Virus record (IMG/VR): IMGVR_UViG_3300028591_000214
Span: 442-64,441 of that record
DNA length: 64,000 nucleotides
Origin: a virus
Lineage: Duplodnaviria; Caudoviricetes
Direction: 5' to 3' (one strand)
Shown here: piece after piece, positions 10,717 to 20,530 of the stretch
Layout: every line of letters begins with the position of its first letter
Numbering within the stretch: position 1 is the stretch's first letter
The notes under the pieces: model-generated
Databases searched by the model: none
What the model saw: the letters and a program-made list of their open reading frames with translations, nothing else
Told to the model about the DNA's origin: nothing
Program-made: the position numbers and the translations under genes

Positions 10717-12129
10717 ATGTCTTTTATACGTAACAAAGAAAATGATTTTATTTTTAGTAATGAATATAATTTATTCTCTAATAAAAACTGGTATAATTTC
10801 TGTATAAGTCAATATAATATATATCCGGATATACTAAAAATTCTTCCCAATAGATCTATGAAAACTATATTTTTCAATTATGAAAAATGTAATGAATTAT
10901 TATGTTCAGTTGACTATTGGTGTAAACTGGGAGAAGATTTTAAAGAAGTGCCAAAAAATATAAAAATCACAGGAGACTTAACTAAATACTTTTCATTTGG
11001 TATAGATACACCTGATGATCTTGAATATGATGTAAGCGATATTGATGATAATGACGCATATGAATATGTATGGGGAGATATATCATTACCTCCTGACTGG
11101 GATTCATTAAAAGAATCCTTATCAGCAGAGCTGGATGTCAAGAATATCATTAAATGCATTGACATGGACGGTAATTCTGTTGATATAAAACATGATTCAT
11201 GCAATATATATCTTATTGACAAGAAAACTTTTTTCGAAATGCCTGAAAATATAGTAAAAGATATAAATGATGATTTTGTAATACTGCTTATGCATGATGC
11301 TGAATACTATCATCCATATCTGATTTATAATGTACAGACAGAAACTGAGAAAAAAATATTCAACCATATTTTAAGAATTTATAAACTATCTCTTGTCAAG
11401 AAAATAGTCGAATCTCCTGCAAGTATATCATTTATAGTTATGACTCCCGGCGGTGGATTTGATACTAAAGAAATAGAAATTACCGATGTAATCAAAAACG
11501 ATGAGAATCTTTTAATGCATGTAAATGATGATTTTGAAGAAGTCCACAAAAATACCATTGAATTCATTGAATCTAAAGAATCTGGTTTATTGATATATAG
11601 AGGATGTCCAGGCTCTGGAAAGACATCTTATATAAAATATCTCACGACATTATTCCAGTCTAAGAAATTTTTATTTGTATCACCAGATATAATGGGGAGA
11701 TTAAGCGATCCGAATTTCATCAGTTTCTTATCTGATAATAAAGAAGCTATAATTATTTTAGAAGATTGTGAACAATTATTAGTTTCAAGAGATAATACTT
11801 TAGATTCAATGTATATTAATTCTGGCTTGATGAATCTTCTTAATATGACTGACGGTATTCTTGGATCGGCTTTCAGGTTTAAATTTATATGCACATTCAA
11901 TTCAGACAATATAAGTAAAATAGATAATGCCCTCCTTCGAAAAGGAAGATGTAAGATTAATTATGAATTCAGAAAATTATCTATTGATAAAATAGATAAA
12001 CTTATAGAAGAAAATAAAATAAAAAATCCATGGAATGGAAAAATTAAAACTGAAATGACTGTCGCTGAATTATATAATTCTGAAGATAAAGATTATCAGA
12101 CTAAAAAACAAAAACGTATAGGTTTTTAA
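10717..12129 (+). CDS. AAA+ ATPase, 470 aa
   Basis: Walker A GCPGSGKT, Walker B IIILEDCE, LLNMTDG, CTFN, and SRH IDNALLRKGR. Confidence 0.9.
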   Translation: MSFIRNKENDFIFSNEYNLFSNKNWYNFCISQYNIYPDILKILPNRSMKTIFFNYEKCNELLCSVDYWCKLGEDFKEVPKNIKITGDLTKYFSFGIDTPDDLEYDVSDIDDNDAYEYVWGDISLPPDWDSLKESLSAELDVKNIIKCIDMDGNSVDIKHDSCNIYLIDKKTFFEMPENIVKDINDDFVILLMHDAEYYHPYLIYNVQTETEKKIFNHILRIYKLSLVKKIVESPASISFIVMTPGGGFDTKEIEITDVIKNDENLLMHVNDDFEEVHKNTIEFIESKESGLLIYRGCPGSGKTSYIKYLTTLFQSKKFLFVSPDIMGRLSDPNFISFLSDNKEAIIILEDCEQLLVSRDNTLDSMYINSGLMNLLNMTDGILGSAFRFKFICTFNSDNISKIDNALLRKGRCKINYEFRKLSIDKIDKLIEENKIKNPWNGKIKTEMTVAELYNSEDKDYQTKKQKRIGF

Positions 12130-12166
12130 AAAATAAATGACTGTAATATTACAGTCATTTATTTTT
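12129..12166. terminator. Bidirectional intrinsic terminator; perfect 38-bp palindrome
   Basis: aaaaataaatgactgtaat|attacagtcatttattttt lies between convergent genes. Confidence 0.8.
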
Positions 12167-12923
12167 AGCATTTTGGGATCACTAACCTATCAGGATCTAA
12201 ATTAGACGGGAGATTTTTAAAACATATAAAATCAAATATATTAAAATTTGTATTTTTAACTATATTAAATGTTCTTAACCTATAACCAATAATATTACCA
12301 TCTGAAGAAATACGCGGTTTTCCACCCTTTGGTTTCCATGTTTTATAATCGATTACGAGTTTTTTATTATTATCCAGTTTAGATAAAGATACACAATTAT
12401 CAAATATTTCATTTATGCTTCTTAATTTTGAAGTGTTCCATTTAGATAAATCCCCTATATCCTCTAAATCAGAACAAAAAACAAACATCCCAATCATAGA
12501 ATCAACTTTACTGGTATTCCATGTATTTAATCCTATAATTCTTTTTAGACCTTTACAATCATAAAAACAATAATTAAAATCTGTACAACCTGTTGTATCC
12601 CAATGAGATACATTAATAATTTCTGGATATTGCTTTACATCAAGATCTTCAAATAAAGAAGTTAATATATATTGTTTCCCTTCTATATTAGAAAGAGATA
12701 TAACTCTCAAATCAGCAACCTTAGATCCATTATTTATAGATTCATTTATCTTTTGTTCTATAATATCTGATAAACTTTTGAAATTTGTTGGATAATATAT
12801 ACACTTAATTTTAGATGTCGAAAGTTTATCCATCTCAGAAATTACCGAAGATGTCTGTATAATAGTATCATTTGAATCTAATATATTATCCCATTCAATC
12901 AGTATTTCATTTAAATATTTCAC
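12165..12923 (-). CDS. Leader-family protein with BspA-like/DUF285 repeats, 252 aa (GTG start)
   Basis: Leader [13 protein letters not shown]. Repeats SHWDTTGCTDFNYCFYDC, NTWNTSKVDSMIGMFVFC and SKWNTSKLRSINEIFDNC. Confidence 0.85.
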   Translation of the reverse strand: MKYLNEILIEWDNILDSNDTIIQTSSVISEMDKLSTSKIKCIYYPTNFKSLSDIIEQKINESINNGSKVADLRVISLSNIEGKQYILTSLFEDLDVKQYPEIINVSHWDTTGCTDFNYCFYDCKGLKRIIGLNTWNTSKVDSMIGMFVFCSDLEDIGDLSKWNTSKLRSINEIFDNCVSLSKLDNNKKLVIDYKTWKPKGGKPRISSDGNIIGYRLRTFNIVKNTNFNIFDFICFKNLPSNLDPDRLVIPKC

Positions 12924-13516
12924 TACTTTAGTTGAATTAATTTTGCACCGTAAAATGTAGGATTAGATAATGCACTCTCAAATTGTATTCTCTTAAATTT
13001 GTTTATATCTTCGACATATACCGTTTGAAGGTTTAAACACTTGTCAAAGGCAAATTCACCAATCTCAGTCACCGAGTTGGGGATGGTCACCGAGGTCAAG
13101 CCACTGCAATACCAGAAGGCACTTTTGCCAATCGAAGTCACCGAGTTGGGGATGGTCACCGAGGTTAAATTTTCACATTGATAAAATGTATACTTATCAA
13201 TTTCTTTAACCTTGTCAAAACCTTCTATATATACTCTATATTCACCTGGTTCATATTCATTTACTGTATATCCATCTTCATCTAATTGAACATGTTCACT
13301 GTTTATATAGACTTTATCTTTATATTCAGAATATATAATATTATCATGGTATATATCTACTGTACTATTAAATATTTTTATAAATCCAGATTCATCTATT
13401 TTATAGACAAGCTGATATTTCATTTGGTTTTCTACATCAGATGCTTTAATGATTCCTGAATCCTCTATATCAGGATTATTATCCCATTCGATTAATATTT
13501 CGTTTAGATATTTCAT
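12923..13516 (-). CDS. Leader-family BspA-type leucine-rich repeat (LRR_5) protein, 197 aa
   Basis: [13 protein letters not shown] leader and two [15 protein letters not shown] repeats. Confidence 0.9.
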   Translation of the reverse strand: MKYLNEILIEWDNNPDIEDSGIIKASDVENQMKYQLVYKIDESGFIKIFNSTVDIYHDNIIYSEYKDKVYINSEHVQLDEDGYTVNEYEPGEYRVYIEGFDKVKEIDKYTFYQCENLTSVTIPNSVTSIGKSAFWYCSGLTSVTIPNSVTEIGEFAFDKCLNLQTVYVEDINKFKRIQFESALSNPTFYGAKLIQLK

Positions 13517-14169
13517 TATAATAATTGAATAAATTTTATATATAACTCACATACCTCTAATATATCATTAAACCATTTTTTAATAATTGTTTCATTTCCT
13601 TTAGGATTATTTGTTTCCATTTTTACTATAAAAAAATAAAATTCATCATTTCCTATTTCAGCGGGATGATCTTCTATTTCTAAAGAATTACTATTAAAAT
13701 TTTTAATTAAAAATTTTTCAAACTTTTTATAATGTTTATAAAGATGAGATTCTGTATTTCTATCATCTATATAAATTGCAAATGAAAAATTTGGAGGAAA
13801 CTGCCATCCAGAATCTTTATCTAATAATCCTCCTTCTGTTGATGTTGCCCAATCATAAAATATATCTACAGGTGTATCAAAAAAATACTCCATTTCAAAA
13901 GGATTAATAGAATTATGATTATATTTTAAACCCTGCCACATATATCTGTGCAATACTTCGGGAGTTTTTAACCAAATTAAAAAATTATATTCCCTAGAAT
14001 CTACTCCTTTAACTTTAAGAATCTTATTTATAATATTATAATAATCTTCTAATTTAACTAAAAATTCAGTTAAATATAATCTTTTTTTAATATTAGAGCT
14101 CTTAATAATTCCAGTATCTTCAACAGTTGAATTATCCCATTCAATTAATATTTCATTCAAATACTTCAT
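13516..14169 (-). CDS. Leader-family hypothetical protein, 217 aa
   Basis: [27 protein letters not shown] leader. Payload not recognised. Translationally coupled to both neighbours. Confidence 0.8.
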   Translation of the reverse strand: MKYLNEILIEWDNSTVEDTGIIKSSNIKKRLYLTEFLVKLEDYYNIINKILKVKGVDSREYNFLIWLKTPEVLHRYMWQGLKYNHNSINPFEMEYFFDTPVDIFYDWATSTEGGLLDKDSGWQFPPNFSFAIYIDDRNTESHLYKHYKKFEKFLIKNFNSNSLEIEDHPAEIGNDEFYFFIVKMETNNPKGNETIIKKWFNDILEVCELYIKFIQLL

Positions 14170-15053
14170 TTATTTAATTCAATCAATTTTGCACCGTAAC
14201 ATGTCGGGTTTGAATATTCATTTCCAAATTTTATTTCATTAAATTTATTTATATCTTCTACATAGACTTTTTTAAGATTAGGGCAGCAATAGAAAGCACC
14301 GTCGTCAATAGACGTCACTGAGTTGGGGATAGTTACTGAGGTTAGGTAAGTACAACTACAGAAAGCATAGGGAGCAATCTTCCTCACTGAAGCAGGGATA
14401 ATAGTCTTCTTGCAACCGCAAATTAATGTCCTAGTAGTAGTCTCTATTATAGCGTTACAGTTCTTGCGAGAGTCATATTTAGGGTTTCCTTTCTCTACTA
14501 CAATAGAAGTCAATCTGGAGCAATTAGAGAAAACATACTTATCAATCGAAATCACCGAGTTAGGTATAACCATTGATATTAATCTGATACACCCGTTGAA
14601 AGCACAAAGACCAATCGAAGTTACTGAATCGGGGATAATAATACTAGTCAAATCTTTGCAACGACTAAAGGCATAATTGTCAATCTTCTTCACTGAATTG
14701 GGAATAATCACTGATGTCAAATCTTTGCAACGTGAGAATGCATACTCATATAGTTCTTTAAGCCTATCAAAATCTTCTATATATACACGGTATTCACCTG
14801 GTTCATATTCATTTACTGTAAATCCATCTTTATCTAATTGAACATGTTCTCCGTGTATATAGACTTTATCTTTAAATTCAGAATATATATAACTATAACC
14901 ATCAAATATTTTTATTTTTCCTGTTTTATCCAGTTTATAGATAAGATAATATTTCATTTCATTTGCTACAGCAGACGCTTTAATAAGTCCTGAATCTTCA
15001 ATATCAGAATTATCCCATTCGATTAAAATCTTATTTAATATATTAGCATTCAT
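14166..15053 (-). CDS. Leader-family BspA-type LRR protein, 295 aa
   Basis: Leader MNANILNKILIEWDN. About five IPNSV/IPDSV repeats plus the insert VEKGNPKYDSRKNCNAIIET. Confidence 0.9.
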   Translation of the reverse strand: MNANILNKILIEWDNSDIEDSGLIKASAVANEMKYYLIYKLDKTGKIKIFDGYSYIYSEFKDKVYIHGEHVQLDKDGFTVNEYEPGEYRVYIEDFDRLKELYEYAFSRCKDLTSVIIPNSVKKIDNYAFSRCKDLTSIIIPDSVTSIGLCAFNGCIRLISMVIPNSVISIDKYVFSNCSRLTSIVVEKGNPKYDSRKNCNAIIETTTRTLICGCKKTIIPASVRKIAPYAFCSCTYLTSVTIPNSVTSIDDGAFYCCPNLKKVYVEDINKFNEIKFGNEYSNPTCYGAKLIELNK

Positions 15054-15064
15054 ATTATATTTAT

Positions 15065-15098
15065 AAAAAAAATCTCATACTTAAATTAAGTATGAGAT
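15065..15098 (-). terminator. Intrinsic terminator after nrdJ
   Basis: atctcatacttaa-a-ttaagtatgagat inverted repeat with an A8 run on plus (U-tract on minus). Confidence 0.8.
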
Positions 15099-15122
15099 AA
15101 TTAATATTATATAAATTTAATC

Positions 15123-17765
15123 TTATCCACATTTAGACCAACCGCAATCCATACAATGAATACAACCGTTTTCTCTTACAAGTTTACCTCCACAATCTGG
15201 ACAAACTTCTCCTTCAATAATCTGTTCTTTAACATATTTAAGAAGAATTCTTCTCATCGCTGAGCTGAATGACGCTATATTATCATCTATCTTCTCAACA
15301 GTCTTACAGATAAATTTAATGTTCGCGCCATGTCTCATGAGCATCGATGACATTAAAGATAATGTATATTCTTCATTTGTAAGATCACTTGATATATTTT
15401 CAATAGTCAATTCATCTGATTTAAATGTATAATATCCTCTCCTTACTTTTGTGATTGTTCCCTTATGCTGGTTATAATTAGTCTTCTCATCATCTTTAGG
15501 CTTATAAAGGAATACCTCATAAGGCTTATCTTCAAATAATCCGACAATCACAAAGAATTTCTCTCCTTTAACACTTGTCACATAGAAATCAGCTTCCAAT
15601 GTCTTTGGACGTTTAGGAGCATCAATATTATTGAGAAACTTAGCTTCCTCTTTCTTTTCTTCTCTCTGTACAAGAATACCTTCTCTGCAACCGTCACGAT
15701 AGACTGTAATACCTTTAAGACCGTTTTTCCATGCTGTCATATAGATATTAGAAACCTCTTCTTCAGTTACTTCATTAGGAAGATTTACAGTTGATGAAAT
15801 TGAATGCTGTGTATAATATTTCTGAACAATACCTTGAAGCTCTACACGTTTTTCCCAGTCAATATCCTGTGCACATGCCCCATACCATGGAGAAGCCTTA
15901 TAAATCTTTTCCCATTGTTTTTCTGCCAATCCGTCAAACTGATCATAATATTCTTTCATATTTCCAGCCATTACCCACCTCTCAAGTTGTGGATGAACAA
16001 CTACATATTCAGAAAATTTAACTCCTAATTTATCAATATAATCAACTCTGTCAGATTCATCTACACATTTTTTACGACGGGTATAATAAGGCATGAATAA
16101 TGGTTCAATACCAGAAGTCGTTCTTGTCATTAATGATACACTGCCTGCCGGCGGAATTGTAGTGGCGCAAATATTTCTGCGGCCATAAGTCATCATTCTT
16201 TTCCATTGTTTAGGAAATTCATCTTTAATGAAATTATACCATTCATTCGCGTCTACAATTTCAAGACCAATAGATTCATCTGGAAATTTTCCGCGTTCAA
16301 TAGCCATATCAGCCTGACAATCTAAAATAGCAGATGTTAATATTTTACAAACATTCTTAACTATTTCATTTCCTTCTTCAGTAGCGAATTTTACATTTAA
16401 TGCTGCGATCATATCCGCCAATGCAGTAAATCCTAATCCTACTCTTCTGCCAGATATACCTTTGGCTAAAATTTCTTTCCAGACTTTTACACCGAATTCA
16501 TCATCTTTGACTTCTTCGATAATCTTGGATACTGCTTCATTCTCAAGCTCCACAAGATCATCTCCAAGACGCATCGCCTCATATGCAATATTGTATAATA
16601 ATTCATTATCTATACAAGAATTATGCGTAAATGGATCTCTAATAAATGAAAGTAAATTTAAGTTAATAAGTCTACATGATTCATTTCCAGACATATATAT
16701 CTCCCCACATGGGTTGCAACTTACTCCCATATATTTTGGATAAATTCCATCAGGTGAATAATTATGCATTTTATCACAGAAAATAATTCCAGGTTCTGCG
16801 GTATTCCAAGCACAGTGAATTAATTTATTCCATAATTCTTTTGCTTTAACTTTTTTACAATACCCAATTTTCAGTATAGATGAAAACGGTGTATCTGTAT
16901 ATAATACTCTGTATAATGTATTATATTTTAAATCATTCTTATCTACCTGCTTATTTGTTTCTAAATCATAGCATGAATCATAATTATCTTCTAAATTAAA
17001 TCTTACGTCAATGGGCCATTTTAACAGAAAATCTCTATCATCCTCTACTGCATGCATAAATTCATCTGTAACCTGTACAGATACATTAGCTCCTGTTACT
17101 TTAGTAAGATCCTGTTTCTTTTCTATAAATTCTTGAATATCAGGATGTAATATATTCATTGAAATCATTAATGCTCCACGTCTGCCTTGTTGAGCAACCT
17201 CATTAGTTACATCTGAACATACATCCATAAATGATGCAGCTCCTGTACTTGTGATAGCCGCGTTATTAACTTTGGCACCTCTGGGACGTAAATTAGAAAG
17301 ATCATACCCTACACCGCCCCGGCGTTTCATAAGTTCTGTCTGATAAAGCCTTGTAAGATTAATTGAACTATATGAATCTTCTGGTGAAGGTAGTACGAAA
17401 CAGTTTGACAATGATACAGGTTTCTCAGATCCTAATCCTGACATAACTGAACCTGCAGGGACAATATATTTAAAATCCTTAAATAACTGATAAATCTTTT
17501 CTTCATCGAGCTGTTGACGTTTATACCAATAATCAGAGAATTTAGGTTTATCATTTATAAAATTCCGCCATGTTTTCTTTTTATATAAAGGTTTATCCGT
17601 AAATTTTTTCTCTACTCTCGCAAATTCCTTTGCCATACGCCTATGCATGTCATCTGGAGTTTCTTCAATCAAGTCGCCGTTTATATCTCTTTTAGCGTAC
17701 TTGTCTTTCCAAACATTTGCGGCTAACTCATCATTGTTGAAATATTTTAAAAGATTTTCTGTCAT
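15123..17765 (-). CDS. nrdJ: Class II (adenosylcobalamin-dependent) ribonucleotide reductase, 880 aa
   Basis: SLSNCFV, GGVGYDLS.LRP.GA.V, SCNPCGEI, TTIPPAGSVS, TTSGIEP, GLKGITVYRDGCR and a C-terminal CPDCG...C..CMDCGWSKC zinc ribbon. Confidence 0.92.
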   Translation of the reverse strand: MTENLLKYFNNDELAANVWKDKYAKRDINGDLIEETPDDMHRRMAKEFARVEKKFTDKPLYKKKTWRNFINDKPKFSDYWYKRQQLDEEKIYQLFKDFKYIVPAGSVMSGLGSEKPVSLSNCFVLPSPEDSYSSINLTRLYQTELMKRRGGVGYDLSNLRPRGAKVNNAAITSTGAASFMDVCSDVTNEVAQQGRRGALMISMNILHPDIQEFIEKKQDLTKVTGANVSVQVTDEFMHAVEDDRDFLLKWPIDVRFNLEDNYDSCYDLETNKQVDKNDLKYNTLYRVLYTDTPFSSILKIGYCKKVKAKELWNKLIHCAWNTAEPGIIFCDKMHNYSPDGIYPKYMGVSCNPCGEIYMSGNESCRLINLNLLSFIRDPFTHNSCIDNELLYNIAYEAMRLGDDLVELENEAVSKIIEEVKDDEFGVKVWKEILAKGISGRRVGLGFTALADMIAALNVKFATEEGNEIVKNVCKILTSAILDCQADMAIERGKFPDESIGLEIVDANEWYNFIKDEFPKQWKRMMTYGRRNICATTIPPAGSVSLMTRTTSGIEPLFMPYYTRRKKCVDESDRVDYIDKLGVKFSEYVVVHPQLERWVMAGNMKEYYDQFDGLAEKQWEKIYKASPWYGACAQDIDWEKRVELQGIVQKYYTQHSISSTVNLPNEVTEEEVSNIYMTAWKNGLKGITVYRDGCREGILVQREEKKEEAKFLNNIDAPKRPKTLEADFYVTSVKGEKFFVIVGLFEDKPYEVFLYKPKDDEKTNYNQHKGTITKVRRGYYTFKSDELTIENISSDLTNEEYTLSLMSSMLMRHGANIKFICKTVEKIDDNIASFSSAMRRILLKYVKEQIIEGEVCPDCGGKLVRENGCIHCMDCGWSKCG

Positions 17766-17788
17766 ATATTTTAATTTAAAAAATTATT

Positions 17789-19567
17789 TTAATAAATTTG
17801 TGGGTTGGTTGGATTATTAAATAGTTTCATATTATTATAAATATCCGATTTCCTATATGAATCTAAATTATTCTTTATCCATTCATCCTTTTCTAATTCA
17901 ATATCTATACATTGCTGCTCGTTTTGAATCTTATCTTTTATATTTAAAATATCTAATATATTAAATTCCCTGTCATATGTAATTAAACTGTTCCAAATCT
18001 TATTCAAGTCTCCATGTAATGCCTTGACGAAAAACTCTCTATGTGGATGTACTATATCTTCATCCATATCTTCAAACCCATAACATATATCCAGTCCTAC
18101 CCATTTTTTATCCAAATCCTGTAAACCGACTTTTTTATACTCTGTATTTAATACAGCTCCTATCAATATATCTGCGCTATTCGGAAACTCTTTTTCAACT
18201 GTTTTATTATAGGTAGATGTTATTTTATATACACATATATCAGATAAAATTAATCCTTCATCAGATATATAAGGATTCCATTTAGTATGGAATGATTTAA
18301 TTTTATTTGCACCATATATACAACGCCTGTCAAATAATTTATGGGAAATCGCATAATTAATATAATTCATATTAATCCATGTATCTGGATCTATTTTAAT
18401 TATATAATCATAATTTTTTTTATTGGTCAAATTAATTAATGATTTGACTAATTTTGTATAGTCTCTAATAATATTTTTATTTGCATCCTTAGGTATATCT
18501 ATATATATTATATCATTATACTTTTTGGACAAATTTTTATATTTTGATGTATAAAATCTTATATCTCTATTACTATCTGTATTATATGTGTTTATATATC
18601 TTGACCTAGTATCTTCCGGGGTTTCTTTAATATCTGAATAATCTAAATTAACTAAAATACATATATTATAATCATTAGAACATACTACCTCTTCAGGAAT
18701 ATCTACTTTATGAATATCATATTTAGGATTTATATATTGTTTAGGCCATTCTGCTATAGTAACTTTATTCCCGGGAGTATTGAATAATAATGTCGCTTCT
18801 GATACATTCGCGGGATTTTCTAAAAAATTATTATATACTTCTATTGATTTATCAGAAAGAAATGGAAAATTATTAAATAATTTTTTAGAAGACCAATTAT
18901 CAAGCTTAGATGATATATTCCATCTAATCCATGAAAGATGATGCATATTTAATTCACTCCACTGAAATTCATACAGTTTATCAATACATTGATTATGTTC
19001 ATTCCGTTTTCGGACATATCTTCTTGTAGGATCACTGGGCTTTGTAAAATCTTTACATTCCCACGCATACCTATAATCAGATTTTGATACAAAAGGAACA
19101 TAACATCCGTCTTTAAAAGGATATACTAAATAATGCTTATAGTCACCAAAATAATTTACATACCTGCAATATGTAATATCAAAATCATTATTTATAATTT
19201 TATTGACTGCATTTTCAAATTGACGTCTTTGATAAAATTCGTCCGAATCTATTATAAACGCATAATCACATTGTCCGTTATTCTGTATATCATCTAAAAG
19301 GAGATTTCTTTTATCTACTTCCTGATGTCTTGCAAATTTAGTAAGATCTGTCTCTATATAGATTATTTTATCTACCAGTTTATCTTCAACAAGCTTCTCA
19401 CACATATACAAATCTTCCTTTGATATCGGTTTTCCATGGTAAGAAACTTTCTGAAGACCTATAACAACATAATCCGGCAGACCTTCTAATTCTGATATTA
19501 TATTAATCAAATGCTCACAGGCATCGAAAGCTACGATACCTAAACCTATTTTTTTATCCTTAATCAT
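17789..19567 (-). CDS. Two-domain glycosyltransferase (GT2-like N-terminus, GT31/galactosyltransferase-like C-terminus), 592 aa
   Basis: CDYAFIIDSDEFY (DxD) in the N-terminal domain. YDYIIKIDPDTWIN and ADILIG in the C-terminal domain. Confidence 0.7.
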   Translation of the reverse strand: MIKDKKIGLGIVAFDACEHLINIISELEGLPDYVVIGLQKVSYHGKPISKEDLYMCEKLVEDKLVDKIIYIETDLTKFARHQEVDKRNLLLDDIQNNGQCDYAFIIDSDEFYQRRQFENAVNKIINNDFDITYCRYVNYFGDYKHYLVYPFKDGCYVPFVSKSDYRYAWECKDFTKPSDPTRRYVRKRNEHNQCIDKLYEFQWSELNMHHLSWIRWNISSKLDNWSSKKLFNNFPFLSDKSIEVYNNFLENPANVSEATLLFNTPGNKVTIAEWPKQYINPKYDIHKVDIPEEVVCSNDYNICILVNLDYSDIKETPEDTRSRYINTYNTDSNRDIRFYTSKYKNLSKKYNDIIYIDIPKDANKNIIRDYTKLVKSLINLTNKKNYDYIIKIDPDTWINMNYINYAISHKLFDRRCIYGANKIKSFHTKWNPYISDEGLILSDICVYKITSTYNKTVEKEFPNSADILIGAVLNTEYKKVGLQDLDKKWVGLDICYGFEDMDEDIVHPHREFFVKALHGDLNKIWNSLITYDREFNILDILNIKDKIQNEQQCIDIELEKDEWIKNNLDSYRKSDIYNNMKLFNNPTNPQIY

Positions 19568-19588
19568 ATTATTATTTAAACACCGAAA

Positions 19589-20245
19589 TTAAATTTTTTC
19601 TAACTCCACCAGCATTTTTTTCAAGGCCCAATAACTGTCTACTATATCATCAACACAAGCCGCGAAATTTTTCTTTTTAATAAATGTCTTTACATTCTTA
19701 TGGAATTTATGTTCATTTATAAAATCTTCCTTTATAAATGCATATATCATCGCATTTTTATCTTTACGTTTTTCTTTGGTCGCGCACCCAGCTAATGCTT
19801 TTATAGAAACCGGTGAAAATGTATATAAATTCTTTATATTAAAATTCTCTATTAACTTAACTAAAAGAACACCTTTATAAGTCGCGAGATTCAATGTAGC
19901 GTCTCCTATAGATCCAAAACTTAATCCCTCAGATGCGATATGTACGCCTATGTCTCTTGGTATATGATTATCATCCATATACCTGAATATAGTCTCTACT
20001 ATTAAATCCGCCAAAAATTTTGATCTTTCAGTATGTATTTTTGTAAGTTCTGAAGATGTATACATTTTAGAATTGATAGAATTCAGATTCCTGTTAACAG
20101 AATATACATGGTTATCTTTATACATTTCAAAATCTTTTTTATTCTGCTTTAATGGCCATATAAAGAAATCTATTATACCCTGATAATAAATTGTCATCGC
20201 AGGTTTATTGATTGAAAAATCAAACCCTATATATAAATCATTCAT
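19589..20245 (-). CDS. Phage RuvC-like Holliday junction resolvase, 218 aa
   Basis: IGFDFSINKPA, IASEGLSFGS, SPVSIKALAG...KNAMI and DDIVDSYW carry the RuvC acidic catalytic residues. Confidence 0.8.
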   Translation of the reverse strand: MNDLYIGFDFSINKPAMTIYYQGIIDFFIWPLKQNKKDFEMYKDNHVYSVNRNLNSINSKMYTSSELTKIHTERSKFLADLIVETIFRYMDDNHIPRDIGVHIASEGLSFGSIGDATLNLATYKGVLLVKLIENFNIKNLYTFSPVSIKALAGCATKEKRKDKNAMIYAFIKEDFINEHKFHKNVKTFIKKKNFAACVDDIVDSYWALKKMLVELEKI

Positions 20246-20446
20246 TTATAAACTTACCTAATATTTTTAAAAAAATTAAACAAAATTTAAACTTTTTTTA
20301 CATTTGTCGTTTATATAATTGTAAGCAATTAAGAAATTGAAATATATATTTTAAAGAAATATATAAAGAAAGAAAATTTCTTAAAAAATTTTGTTAATAT
20401 TTTAAAATATTTATATAATTTTAATATTTTAATATAATATTTTGTT

Positions 20447-20507
20447 TAATAAAAAATAGATAAGATTTTATACCCTATATGATATAAATCTTATCTATTT
20501 TTTATTA
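20447..20507. terminator. 22-bp inverted repeat hairpin, probable bidirectional terminator
   Basis: taataaaaaatagataagattt (20447-20468) pairs with aaatcttatctattttttatta (20486-20507). Confidence 0.75.
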
Positions 20508-20530
20508 TCTATACCCTATAAGGTATAATT

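Noticed and set aside
13060-13170. CRISPR-like direct repeats (69-bp period) in the LRR genes
   Set aside because: The repeats are in frame with a 23-aa LRR period and encode VTIPNSVT, so they are coding repeats rather than a repeat-spacer array.
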